Shown here: positions 28,977 to 37,795 of the stretch, in pieces | Numbering within the stretch: position 1 is the first letter of the stretch | Layout of the letters: every line of letters starts with the position of its first letter | Source: Candidatus Woesearchaeota archaeon | GTDB lineage: Archaea; Nanobdellota; Nanobdellia; Pacearchaeales; UBA284 | DNA: 64,000 nt | Direction: 5' to 3' | Assembly (NCBI GenBank): GCA_964443565.1 | Contig: CAYUCT010000002.1 | Span: 2,036 to 66,035 of the forward strand | Notes under the pieces: model-generated | Told to the model about the DNA's origin: nothing | The model's input: the letters and a program-made list of their open reading frames with translations, nothing else | The model's database searches: none | Position numbers and translations under genes: made by a program

Positions 28977-29198
28977 TTATTTCTCGTTAATACTATACGC
29001 TCCAAAAGTAAATTTTTTGGAACATTTGTCACATTTCCAAAGTCCCTTAGATAATCTTTTAACACCTAATTTTTTACAATATGGACATTTTTGTTTTTTA
29101 TTTTGTCTATTTTCCACCTGCAATGTTACTCTCTTTACTCTATCACCATATCTCGGACCAAATCTTCCTGTAGATTTTACTATTTTTGTTCTTACCAT
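28977..29198 (-). CDS. rpl37ae: 50S ribosomal protein L37Ae (eL43).
   Basis: RTKIV.STGRFGPRYG...C-x2-C...C-x2-C zinc ribbon. 73 aa. Confidence 0.85.
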   Translation of the reverse strand: MVRTKIVKSTGRFGPRYGDRVKRVTLQVENRQNKKQKCPYCKKLGVKRLSKGLWKCDKCSKKFTFGAYSINEK

Positions 29199-29254
29199 TT
29201 TATTTTTTTATTTTTTTATTTTATTTGAAATATAATATGGCTGTCAAGATTCCC

Positions 29255-29279
29255 AAAAAAATTGCTTTGCAATTTTTTT
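29255..29279 (-). terminator. Hairpin (AAAAAAATTGC-TTT-GCAATTTTTTT) followed by an oligo-T run on the minus strand, 58 nt downstream of tRNA-Pro.
   Basis: Perfect 11-bp stem with a 3-nt loop, then a T7 run in the direction of tRNA-Pro transcription. Confidence 0.35.
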
Positions 29280-29336
29280 GGCGCCGAAAATATATATTTT
29301 CGACGTGAACCAAGTTCAAATCCTTGCCATAATAAA

Positions 29337-29410
29337 TGGGGCTGCCCGGATTTGAACCGGGATCGCAAGGTCCCAAACCTCGAAGGCTAACCAGGTTACC
29401 CCACAACCCC
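29337..29410 (-). tRNA. tRNA-Pro (anticodon TGG).
   Basis: Manual fold: acceptor GGGGTTG/CAGCCCC (one G-U), U8 G9, D-stem GGGT/GCCT (two G-U) with a 10-nt D-loop, anticodon stem CGAGG/CCTTG with loop TTTGGGA (U33, G37), T-arm CCCGG-TTCAAAT-CCGGG, A73. 5' end GGGG..GTGGGGTA.CCTGG matches archaeal tRNA-Pro. Confidence 0.65.
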
Positions 29411-29461
29411 TTGTTAGGGTTAATAATTGTTTATTATTAAAAGTTATGTTTCTAAATTAAA

Positions 29462-30145
29462 CTATTTTTTCTTTGCCGGTGCTGCCGCGGCTGCTGCTGG
29501 AGCTACCGCAGTTTTTCCTGCTTCTGGTTTTGCAGCAGCAGTAACTGCTTTTGCTGCGGCTTTTTCTTCTGCTACTTTCTCTAAATCTTTAATAAATGCA
29601 TCTTGGACTTTCTTTACTTTTTCAAAATCTTTTGCTAATTGGTCCAATTTTTCTTGTGATGCTTCTTCATTTCCTTGTGAAATTTCTTGATCATATTTTC
29701 CCGCCTTAACATCTTCAATTAATTCTTTTGGTTCTTTACTTTCAACAACCAATCCAATACTGTGGCATGTTCCCAATGTTGAAATAACTGCTGCTTTTAA
29801 ATCATTTACGAACATATCTTCTTGTTTTTTCTTTGCTACTTTAATGACTAATTCAATTGGAGCATTTCCAATCTTTAATTTATTTGGTCTACCCGAACCC
29901 ATAGAAGAATTTATTTCTTTTTTTAATAATTCAGATGTTGAAGGAATTAATGTTTTAACGCTAATATCTTTGGTTTTAGTATTAATATCTATAATTATTG
30001 GAACTTTCATACCTTTAAATTCTGCGGTAGCTTTATTCACATCACCAATCAATTTACCCATATTTAAACCCAATGGACCAATTTTCTGACTAAGTGTTGG
30101 ACCGGGTTTCATTTCTCCACCTACAACCAATAATTTTATTTCCAT
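29462..30145 (-). CDS. rpl11: 50S ribosomal protein L11 (uL11) with a ~70-aa coiled-coil plus Ala/Lys/Pro-rich C-terminal extension.
   Basis: MEIKLLVVGGEMKPGPTLSQKIGPLGLNMGKL... is the uL11 N-terminus. Tail EKAAAKAVTAAAKPEAGKTAVAPAAAAAAPAKKK is encoded by a locally GC-rich stretch. Confidence 0.8.
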   Translation of the reverse strand: MEIKLLVVGGEMKPGPTLSQKIGPLGLNMGKLIGDVNKATAEFKGMKVPIIIDINTKTKDISVKTLIPSTSELLKKEINSSMGSGRPNKLKIGNAPIELVIKVAKKKQEDMFVNDLKAAVISTLGTCHSIGLVVESKEPKELIEDVKAGKYDQEISQGNEEASQEKLDQLAKDFEKVKKVQDAFIKDLEKVAEEKAAAKAVTAAAKPEAGKTAVAPAAAAAAPAKKK

Positions 30146-30146
30146 T

Positions 30147-30404
30147 TTAAGAAAGTTTTACCTCATCATTTATTGCTTGCCCTGGCAATCCTTTTTCAAA
30201 AACTGCCCTAATATGGCCTTTATTTCCATGAGTAGACATAATTTCACCATTTATTTCTTTTCCAGCAATACTCGTCCAACTAATTTTTTTACCAATTAAT
30301 TTTGTTGCTTTTTCTTTGGTTTCAATACCCTCAACCTCGATAATAAAATGCCTTGGTTTTTGAGTTTTTCTTCCTCTTCTGAACGAAATAACTTTTGCTT
30401 TCAT
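30147..30404 (-). CDS. rpl35ae: 50S ribosomal protein L35Ae (eL33).
   Basis: GRKTQKPRHFIIEVEGIETKEKATKLIGKKI...HGNKGHIRAVFEKGLPGQAI matches L35Ae. Confidence 0.8.
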   Translation of the reverse strand: MKAKVISFRRGRKTQKPRHFIIEVEGIETKEKATKLIGKKISWTSIAGKEINGEIMSTHGNKGHIRAVFEKGLPGQAINDEVKLS

Positions 30405-30445
30405 TTTTTAATTAGCTGTAAATATTCTGAAATTTTCTACTAAAT

Positions 30446-32272
30446 TTAATTTAAATTTATTTCAAACTCTCCTATTACCTTTCTAAGAAGGTTTATAAGT
30501 TTAATGTTTATTTTTCTTTCAATGTTTTTATTCTTAGATAATTCGTTTTTTAAATCTTCTCTATCTGTTTCTTCTATTTTCCCATCAAAATATATCTTTT
30601 TAATCTTTTCGGATGTAAAATCTGGAACTAAGAAAGCATAATCTTTGAACACAAAAAGTTCTGCTTTTTTATTATCAAATGAAATTTCAATTTTTTTGTT
30701 ATTAATTTCATCTAGTTCTTTTTTTTGAGAATATTCTAAAAGCAAAGAAGAAACTTCATTGATTTCTTTTTTTAGTTCATTAAAATCTTGTTTAGAAATC
30801 TTTTTTGTTTTTAGATTTTTCTTGTATTCTAAAATTTTCATAGAGGTAATTAATACTTTTCTAGGGAGTTTTCCTTTAGCAATCAATTCTTTTTCTAAAA
30901 GAGAAATAATTTTTTGCTCTGTGTGATCCCCTAAAATAATTTTTAATAATTCAAAAATTAGTTCATATCCTTTTTCAATCTCTTTTTCAGTTGTTCTTTT
31001 TTCTATTTGATCCATTAATTGTTTTAATCGTTCAGTATATTCAGAACATTCTTGTAACATCTCATCAATTTCTTTTCCAGAAATAGATTTTATTTTTTCA
31101 TGTTCATATTTTTTATAAATTTCTACAATTTTTTCAAGAGTTTTAACATATTTTAATTCTAATAATTTTTCTTTATCCACAAAAATTTCTTTCATTAAAG
31201 AATAAGTCTCTCGTGGCGTCGGCGGAGCAACACCATACAACATTAATAATGCTTGACTGGGAGTAATAACCCCCCAATAAATATCTTCAATTACAATATC
31301 ATTTAATTTTCTTTTTACATTGTCTGCAACTTTTTCTCCCAACCCCATAAACATTTCAATTGCTTCTGGACTTGGCTTAATTTTACCCATCTTTAATAAT
31401 AATTTCCAAGGCATAAATGCACCCCTATCATAAAATGGAACTCCATCTCGAATAAACGTAAAAATCACGGGGTGAGCATCTTTAACTGCTTCCCAAAATT
31501 CTGTAAGAATATAAATTTGCGGAGAAAGCTTATTTTTGACTCCTGCTTTTTCGCTAGCTTCAAATGCGTAAGTATAAATGATAGATCTTAATTTTTCTTT
31601 TAATTCATATCTAGACATTCTTTTAACATCTGTATCATCTATGATAATTGCAACATCAATATCTGAAGTTTTCACTGCAGTTCCACGAACAAAAGAACCT
31701 GCGACAACATAACTTACTACATACCTTTCAAATTTTTTAAGAATTAACATCTTATGAATACTCGCAGCTCTTATGCCTCCAAGAATCCCCTTATCATAAA
31801 GAGGAAACGACATGGACATTGCTTCAAGCATAGAATATTTTCCATCAAAAGCAATTTCCCACATTTCAGATACTGATTTGATATGCATCCAAATTTTTGG
31901 CTTACTTTCTTTTAATATTTCAATACTTTCTTTTAATATTTTTTGAGAATCTTTTATTTTTTCATCGGGCAAAAGTAATAAGACATGAACTAATTTTTGA
32001 TCTTTTTCTTTTGGAATTTCTTCCTCTTCTTCAATAAGTTCTGAAGCTACTGGGGGGATAATTCCAATTGATTGAATAAATGAATATTTTTTAGTTATTT
32101 TTTTAGTATATTCTGAAAGAATTTCCTTAACTTTTTCAATATCTTTTTTTACTTCTTCTGGAATTTGCTCTAATTGTTCATTTAACTTTTTTTCATAATC
32201 TTCATTTTCAGATTCTGACTTTGTTTTATTTTTTTCTTCTTTTTCTCTATCTATATTTGGATTGATTGTCAT
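30446..32272 (-). CDS. Large (608 aa) Pol-beta-superfamily nucleotidyltransferase domain protein with an N-terminal acidic coiled-coil extension and a long K/E-rich helical C-terminal region. Function unknown.
   Basis: AGSFVRGTAVKTSDIDVAIIID is a class-I NTase motif (G-S-x-x-R-G-T...S-D-I-D-V) very close to the archaeal CCA-adding enzyme head motif, but it sits ~190 aa into the protein. Confidence 0.45.
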   Translation of the reverse strand: MTINPNIDREKEEKNKTKSESENEDYEKKLNEQLEQIPEEVKKDIEKVKEILSEYTKKITKKYSFIQSIGIIPPVASELIEEEEEIPKEKDQKLVHVLLLLPDEKIKDSQKILKESIEILKESKPKIWMHIKSVSEMWEIAFDGKYSMLEAMSMSFPLYDKGILGGIRAASIHKMLILKKFERYVVSYVVAGSFVRGTAVKTSDIDVAIIIDDTDVKRMSRYELKEKLRSIIYTYAFEASEKAGVKNKLSPQIYILTEFWEAVKDAHPVIFTFIRDGVPFYDRGAFMPWKLLLKMGKIKPSPEAIEMFMGLGEKVADNVKRKLNDIVIEDIYWGVITPSQALLMLYGVAPPTPRETYSLMKEIFVDKEKLLELKYVKTLEKIVEIYKKYEHEKIKSISGKEIDEMLQECSEYTERLKQLMDQIEKRTTEKEIEKGYELIFELLKIILGDHTEQKIISLLEKELIAKGKLPRKVLITSMKILEYKKNLKTKKISKQDFNELKKEINEVSSLLLEYSQKKELDEINNKKIEISFDNKKAELFVFKDYAFLVPDFTSEKIKKIYFDGKIEETDREDLKNELSKNKNIERKINIKLINLLRKVIGEFEINLN

Positions 32273-32394
32273 ATACTAAAAAATTAAGAAACCTTTTTAA
32301 AGTTTTACTATTTTTCAAAAAGTATAAACCTAATAAAAATGGATATGGTTTAAATAAGTATAATTCAAATAAGAAAATAGATAGACATCTAAAT

Positions 32395-32467
32395 GAGCCC
32401 ATAGTCCAGTGGTTAAGACGTCTCCCTTACACGGAGAAGATCACAGGTTCGAACCCTGTTGGGCTCA
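32395..32467 (+). tRNA. tRNA-Val (anticodon TAC).
   Basis: Manual fold: acceptor GAGCCCA/TGGGCTC, D-arm GTCC-AGTGGTTA-AGAC, anticodon stem TCTCC/GGAGA with loop CTTACAC, T-arm ACAGG-TTCGAAC-CCTGT, A73. 73 nt. Confidence 0.8.
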
Positions 32468-32634
32468 TATTTATATACCTGAGATTACACATTTGTAAAT
32501 CTTAAATTTGTAAATTGCCAATTTATAACTTCCAAATTAATACGGGCAAGTAAAAACAAATAAAAACAAATAGAAATAAATAAAAATAAAGAAAATAAAA
32601 AGATAACTAAAACAATAAAAACGGTTTATACAAA

Positions 32635-33330
32635 ATGTTTATAAAAAAAATATTTGAAAAATCTTCTGATGAATTAGTCCATAAACAATTTATTAGATTT
32701 GGAAAAGGTTATTATCAAAACAAAGCAGTCATAAATGTTAAAGTCGGAAAAGACATCCTTGTATCAACAACATATGAATTAGCAAATGATTTAACTGCAT
32801 TCATTAGTTGTCTTGATAAAAAAATAAAAGTTAATGGGATTGTTTTAACCAAAGAAAAATCTTCAATCTTATCTTCATTCGGGCAAGAAAAAGAAAAGGC
32901 TAGACTATTTGAATATACAATTATAAAAGAAATTTCTTCTGAAGATCTTAAAAAGATTGTAAAAGAGTCATATTTTACATTTTTAGACTGCAATTTTAAT
33001 GGCGGAGAATTTAAGATTAAAAAAACTCTTCCAAAACCTGGAAAAGGATCTAATGCAAAAGTGAATGATAAGTTTTGTGTATTAAAATTAGATTTAAAAT
33101 TTATAAACGAAGTTAAAAAAGAATTTTTATTTGATATTGATGAAAAATCTTTTAAAAAAATTTCAATTGAACATAGGTATAATATTTCTGAAATAAAAAT
33201 GCCTGAAAATTTAAAAAAAGAGAAAGACCCAGAAAAGATAAGACTCAATGCATTAAGAATTGGAAAAATTGAAAGGATTATTAATATCGACGGAAAAGAA
33301 ATAAAAAAAGAATGCGAATTAAAAGTTTAA
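32635..33330 (+). CDS. Hypothetical protein (231 aa), K-rich, no recognisable motif.
   Basis: Intact ORF between tRNA-Val and the L3 operon with a plausible start context. Confidence 0.35.
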   Translation: MFIKKIFEKSSDELVHKQFIRFGKGYYQNKAVINVKVGKDILVSTTYELANDLTAFISCLDKKIKVNGIVLTKEKSSILSSFGQEKEKARLFEYTIIKEISSEDLKKIVKESYFTFLDCNFNGGEFKIKKTLPKPGKGSNAKVNDKFCVLKLDLKFINEVKKEFLFDIDEKSFKKISIEHRYNISEIKMPENLKKEKDPEKIRLNALRIGKIERIINIDGKEIKKECELKV

Positions 33331-33443
33331 TTGAAAAATAAAAATTAGCAAATTTCTAAAAATCACAACCTTTATAAATACAATTTTTGATGATTAAATA
33401 AGTTCACAATTTATAGAGGGTAGAAAAATGAAAGTTAAATATA

Positions 33444-33456
33444 GTTATAAATATAC
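33444..33456 (+). promoter_or_regulatory. TATA-like element (TTATAAATATA) ~35-45 bp upstream of the L3 start; candidate promoter of the ribosomal-protein operon.
   Basis: TTTAWATA-like box by eye. A second similar box lies at 33371-33380. Confidence 0.25.
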
Positions 33457-33488
33457 CATTCAAAAATATAACAATTCAGAGATAGAAT

Positions 33489-34448
33489 ATGCCAAAATTA
33501 CATCAACCACATTCGGGAAGTATGGCCTATTGGCCAAGAAAAAGATCATCTAAAACTCTACCTAGTGTAAACTGGTTACCGATTGAGAAAAAAACTACCC
33601 AAAAGGGTCTTCTAGGATTTATTGGATATAAAGCCGGAATGGCTAGACTTTTAGTAAAAGATAATACTAACGAATCAAGAACTAAAGGAAAACAAATTAT
33701 TGTCCCAATAACCATTGTTGAATGTCCTTCTCAAAAAATTTTATCTGCAAGATTTCATAAAAATAAAAAAGTTTTATTTGAAACAATCAATACTAATTTA
33801 GATAAAGAATTAAAAAGAAAAATAAAATTTCCAAAAAATGCAAAAATTTCTTTAGAAGATGCAGAAAAAAGATTGAGCGAAATTGATGAAATTACCGCAA
33901 TTGTTTATTCTATTCCAAAAAAAATTGAATCAAAAAAAACACCTGATTTATTAGAGATAGGCATTGGTGGAGACTTAAAAGAAAAATTTGAATTTATTAA
34001 ATCTAATATTAATAAAGAATTTTTTGTCAAAGATATTTTTGCAAAAAATCAGATAGTAGACATAAAAGGATTAACAAGAGGATTAGGAAATCAAGGCCCT
34101 GTAAAAAGATTTGGAATTGGATTAAAATCCCATAAAGCGGAAAAAGGACAAAGAAGACCTGGAAATCTTGGTCCATGGACACCATCAAGAGTTTCCTTTA
34201 GAGCACCGCAATTGGGTCAAACAGGATTTTTTTCTAGAATTAAATTAAACAATAAAATTATAGATATTCAAGAAGGACAAAAAATAAATTTTGGGATTGA
34301 AAATTATGGAAAACTTTTAGGGGATATTTTATTTATTAAAGGATCAATTCAAGGAACCCCAAAAAGACAACTAATAATTTATCCAAGTCCAAGACAAAAA
34401 AGAAGAACAACCAAAGAAAATTTTGAGGTTATTAAATTTTTAAAATAG
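33489..34448 (+). CDS. rpl3: 50S ribosomal protein L3 (uL3).
   Basis: MPKLHQPHSGSMAYWPRKR N-terminus and conserved downstream uL3 blocks. Confidence 0.9.
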   Translation: MPKLHQPHSGSMAYWPRKRSSKTLPSVNWLPIEKKTTQKGLLGFIGYKAGMARLLVKDNTNESRTKGKQIIVPITIVECPSQKILSARFHKNKKVLFETINTNLDKELKRKIKFPKNAKISLEDAEKRLSEIDEITAIVYSIPKKIESKKTPDLLEIGIGGDLKEKFEFIKSNINKEFFVKDIFAKNQIVDIKGLTRGLGNQGPVKRFGIGLKSHKAEKGQRRPGNLGPWTPSRVSFRAPQLGQTGFFSRIKLNNKIIDIQEGQKINFGIENYGKLLGDILFIKGSIQGTPKRQLIIYPSPRQKRRTTKENFEVIKFLK

Positions 34449-34466
34449 ATAGAATATTCAAATAAA

Positions 34467-35249
34467 ATGAAAACAAAAATAATTAATTCAGACGGAAAAC
34501 AAGGAAAAGAAATTGCATTGCCACAAGTATTTGAAACAAAAATAAGACCAGATATTATAAAAAAAATATTTGAAACAATCAAAAATTTTCAACCATATGG
34601 TGCATATATCCTTGCGGGTAAAGATGTATCTGCTAGCGGAAAACAAAGACACATCAGACATAAATGGAAAACACTTTATGGATATGGTATTTCAAGAATC
34701 CCAAGAAAAACAATGTCTAGAAGAGGGGATAGATTCAATTGGATTGGAGCATTTATTCCAGGAACAAGAAAGGGTAGAGCTGCGCATCCGCCAAAACCAG
34801 TGAAAAATAAAGGAATAATAAATCAAAAAGAAAAAAAATTAGCATTATACTCCGCAATTGCTGCAACAGCCTCTAAAAAAATAATTTTAAGCAAATATAA
34901 TTTAGATTTAACAAATTTACCAATAATTGTTGATTCAGAATTTTTAACAAAAAAACCAAAAGAATTTGAAGATAAAATTAAAGAAATAACAACTCTTTCA
35001 GATATTTACACAAAAAAAATAAGGGCGGGAAAAGGAAAATCAAGAAATAGAAAATATAAAATAATTAAAAAAATTTTATTTGTTGTTTCTGAAGAAGAAT
35101 ACAATCAAGCTAAAAAATTAAAAAATACTGGAGCAGAAGTAACTAAAACAAATCAATTAAATATCTTAAATTTAGCACCTGGTGGAATTCCCGGAAGATT
35201 AACGGTTTATACTGAAAAAGCAATAAATGAATTAGGAAAATTAAAATGA
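34467..35249 (+). CDS. rpl4: 50S ribosomal protein L4 (uL4).
   Basis: Position after L3. KR-rich loop region (HIRHKWKTLYGYGISRIPRK). 260 aa. Confidence 0.85.
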   Translation: MKTKIINSDGKQGKEIALPQVFETKIRPDIIKKIFETIKNFQPYGAYILAGKDVSASGKQRHIRHKWKTLYGYGISRIPRKTMSRRGDRFNWIGAFIPGTRKGRAAHPPKPVKNKGIINQKEKKLALYSAIAATASKKIILSKYNLDLTNLPIIVDSEFLTKKPKEFEDKIKEITTLSDIYTKKIRAGKGKSRNRKYKIIKKILFVVSEEEYNQAKKLKNTGAEVTKTNQLNILNLAPGGIPGRLTVYTEKAINELGKLK

Positions 35250-35491
35250 TCTTAACAAAACCAATAACTACCGAAAAGGCAATAAAAGCACTTGAATTAG
35301 AAAATAAACTTTTTTTTATTGTTGATAGAAGAGCAACAAAAAAACAAATTCAAGAAGAGATAGAAAACCAATTCAAAGTAAAAGTAGAAAAAATAAATAC
35401 TCAAATAAGATTAAATAAAAAAATAGCAATAATTAAATTAAACAAAAATTCAAAATCTTCAGATATTGCATCTAAATTAGGATTAATATAA
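35246..35491 (+). CDS. rpl23: 50S ribosomal protein L23 (uL23).
   Basis: Position and ILTKPITTEKAIKALE...NKLFFIVDRRATKKQI pattern. 81 aa. 4-nt overlap with L4. Confidence 0.85.
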   Translation: MILTKPITTEKAIKALELENKLFFIVDRRATKKQIQEEIENQFKVKVEKINTQIRLNKKIAIIKLNKNSKSSDIASKLGLI

Positions 35492-35492
35492 A

Positions 35493-36200
35493 ATGGGAAA
35501 AACATTAATACAACAAGCAAGAGGACGTGGAGGACCGAGATATAGAACAAAAAAGAAATCATTTAGAGTTACAATTAAATACCCCCCTTGGGATTTTGAA
35601 GGAGATGGAAAAATTGTAAAATTATTTAATGTTGCATGCTATTCCTGCCCAATTGCAAAAATAAAAACTGAAAAAGGATTTTTTTATAATGTTACAACCG
35701 AAGGAAATTATGAAGGAGAAACAATTAAAATTGGAAAAAGTGAAAATATTCAAAATGGAGATATCTTAAAATTATCAGATATGCCAATTGGAACTTTAGT
35801 TTGCAATATTGAAAAATTTAAAGGAAGCAACGGAAAATTTGTAAGAAATAGTGGAATTTGTGGAAGAATTGTAAAAAAAGAAAATTTAAAAATTTATATT
35901 CAAATGCCATCAAAATCAGAAAAAATATTTAAAGGAGATGAAAGAGCAACTATTGGAATTATTGCTGCTGGCGGAAGAAAAGAAAAACCAATATTAAAAG
36001 CTGGAAAGATGGTTCATATTAAAAATGCAAAAGGCGGAAAAGTCTATCCAAGAACAAGTGCAGTAAAAATGAATATCATTGATCATCCATTTGGTTCTGG
36101 AAGAGGAAAAAGAATAAAACAAAAAGTTCCAAAAAGAAATTCCCCACCTGGAGCAAAAGTTGGACTAGTAAGAGCAAGAAGAACAGGAGGAAAGAAATAA
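35493..36200 (+). CDS. rpl2: 50S ribosomal protein L2 (uL2).
   Basis: GKTLIQQARGRGGPRYR N-terminus and conserved Gly-rich C-terminal region. Position. Confidence 0.9.
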   Translation: MGKTLIQQARGRGGPRYRTKKKSFRVTIKYPPWDFEGDGKIVKLFNVACYSCPIAKIKTEKGFFYNVTTEGNYEGETIKIGKSENIQNGDILKLSDMPIGTLVCNIEKFKGSNGKFVRNSGICGRIVKKENLKIYIQMPSKSEKIFKGDERATIGIIAAGGRKEKPILKAGKMVHIKNAKGGKVYPRTSAVKMNIIDHPFGSGRGKRIKQKVPKRNSPPGAKVGLVRARRTGGKK

Positions 36201-36201
36201 G

Positions 36202-36591
36202 ATGGTTGGAAAAGAATTTACATATCGTGGAAAAACACTCACAGAATTAAAAGAAATGAATTTGAATGATTTTGCAAAATTACTTCCTTCAAGACAAAGA
36301 AGATCAATAATAAGAAATAGCGCACCCATAGAAAAGTTCATAAAAACATGCAATAAAAAAATAGAAAAGGGAAAAATAATCAAAACGCATTTAAGAGATA
36401 TTATAATTGTTCCAAAAATGATTGGAATGGTTGTTAATGTTTATGCTGGAAAAGAATTTACAGAAGTAAGAATAAGCGACGAAATGATTGGTCATAGAAT
36501 TGGAGAATTCACCCAAACTAGAAAAAAAATTCAACATGGGGCGCCAGGAATTGGAGCTACAAGAGGTTCTTCGTTCTTGTCAGTTAAATAA
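36202..36591 (+). CDS. rps19: 30S ribosomal protein S19 (uS19).
   Basis: YRGKTLTELKEMNLNDFAKLLPSRQRRSI...GHRIGEFTQTRK...GAPGIGAT. Position after L2. Confidence 0.9.
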   Translation: MVGKEFTYRGKTLTELKEMNLNDFAKLLPSRQRRSIIRNSAPIEKFIKTCNKKIEKGKIIKTHLRDIIIVPKMIGMVVNVYAGKEFTEVRISDEMIGHRIGEFTQTRKKIQHGAPGIGATRGSSFLSVK

Positions 36592-36609
36592 ACATAATTA
36601 AAAAATAAA

Positions 36610-37098
36610 ATGGAAAAAGAAGATATAAAAAATAAAGAAACAGAAAAAAAAGTAGAAGTAAAGATAGCGAGAGTTAGAGGATTGAATATTGAAACCTCAC
36701 AAAAATATGCCATTAATATTTGTAAATTTATTAAAAATAAAAAAGCAACATATGCCATTGAATTATTAGAAAAAGTTATGTTAAAAAAAATAGCAATTCC
36801 TATGAAAATGGAAGTAGCGCATAAAAAAGGAATTGGTGGCGGTTATTCATCCGGAAAATATCCGGTAAAAGCATCTGGAATTTTTATAAAATTAATAAAA
36901 AGCTTAATTGCAAATGCTTCAGTTTTAGGATTAGATGAAAAGAATGTTATTATCTCTACAGCAAAAGCAGATAAAGCCCATAGACCATTTAGAGGAACAC
37001 GAATGGCGTATGGTAGAAAAAAATCAAAACGATGTCATGTTTTATTGGAAGCTACAGAGATGAAAGAAAAGAAAAAACAAGGAGAAAATAAAAAATGA
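36610..37098 (+). CDS. rpl22: 50S ribosomal protein L22 (uL22).
   Basis: Order and KYPVKASGIFIKLIKSLIANAS...PFRGTRMAYGR motif pattern. Confidence 0.85.
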   Translation: MEKEDIKNKETEKKVEVKIARVRGLNIETSQKYAINICKFIKNKKATYAIELLEKVMLKKIAIPMKMEVAHKKGIGGGYSSGKYPVKASGIFIKLIKSLIANASVLGLDEKNVIISTAKADKAHRPFRGTRMAYGRKKSKRCHVLLEATEMKEKKKQGENKK

Positions 37099-37772
37099 TT
37101 AAGAAAAAAATAGTTGGAATAAGAAAACAAGAATATCAATTAAAAGAATATATTATGAATAAATTAGGAAAAGGAAAAATAACCGATTTAAAAATAGAAA
37201 GAACACCAATTGGAGAAAAAGTAATATTGATAACTGCGCATCCTGGTTGGGTAATTGGAAGAGATGGAAGTAGTATTCAAGAAATATCTAATGACTTAAG
37301 AAATATTTTCAAATTTGAAAATCCACAAGTAGAAATTGCGGAATTAAAAAATCCAGAACATAACGCAAAATATATTGCTGATCAAATGGCAATGTCTCTA
37401 GAAAAATTTGGACCTTTGGGATTTAAAATTGTTGCATATAGGGAATTAGAAAGACTAACAAAAAGCGGATGTCTTGGAGCAGAGATAAGATTAAGTGGAA
37501 GATTACCGAGTGAAAGGGCAAAATCATGGAGATTTGGATTTGGATACTTAATTAAAACAGGAGAATATGTTAAAATTTGTGACAAAGCAAAATCAATTGC
37601 ATTTACTAGACCAGGGGTTATAGGAGTAAAAGTTTCTTTAATTCCAAAAGGAACAAAAATTCCAGATAAAATAGAAATAAACAAAGAAATAATTGATCAA
37701 CAATTAAAAAGATTAGAAGACGAAATAAATAATGAAAAAACAGAAAAAGGAAAAAAGAAAATAAATAAATGA
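37095..37772 (+). CDS. rps3: 30S ribosomal protein S3 (uS3) with KH domain and a K/E-rich tail.
   Basis: ILITAHPGWVIGRDGSSIQ KH-domain motif, with conserved C-terminal domain. Confidence 0.9.
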   Translation: MIKKKIVGIRKQEYQLKEYIMNKLGKGKITDLKIERTPIGEKVILITAHPGWVIGRDGSSIQEISNDLRNIFKFENPQVEIAELKNPEHNAKYIADQMAMSLEKFGPLGFKIVAYRELERLTKSGCLGAEIRLSGRLPSERAKSWRFGFGYLIKTGEYVKICDKAKSIAFTRPGVIGVKVSLIPKGTKIPDKIEINKEIIDQQLKRLEDEINNEKTEKGKKKINK

Positions 37773-37795
37773 ATAAATAAATCTAAAAAATAAAA

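Noticed and set aside
29221-29406. 61-aa ORF on - strand
   Set aside because: Overlaps tRNA-Pro(TGG) and the terminator hairpin. Spurious.
29427-29690. 87-aa Ala-rich ORF on + strand
   Set aside because: Antisense to the GC-rich Ala/Lys tail of L11, so the frame is open only because of the codon composition.
32266-32505. 79-aa ORF on + strand
   Set aside because: Overlaps tRNA-Val(TAC). Spurious.
32715-33248. 177-aa ORF on - strand
   Set aside because: Antisense to the 231-aa + strand ORF. Phe/Ser/Ile-rich translation typical of antisense AT-rich frames, and no start context.
33428-33550. ~40-aa upstream ORF (MKVKYSYKYTIQKY...) overlapping the L3 start in another frame
   Set aside because: No conserved motif. 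Probably a chance ATG in the AT-rich promoter region. A leader peptide cannot be excluded, but there is no evidence for one.
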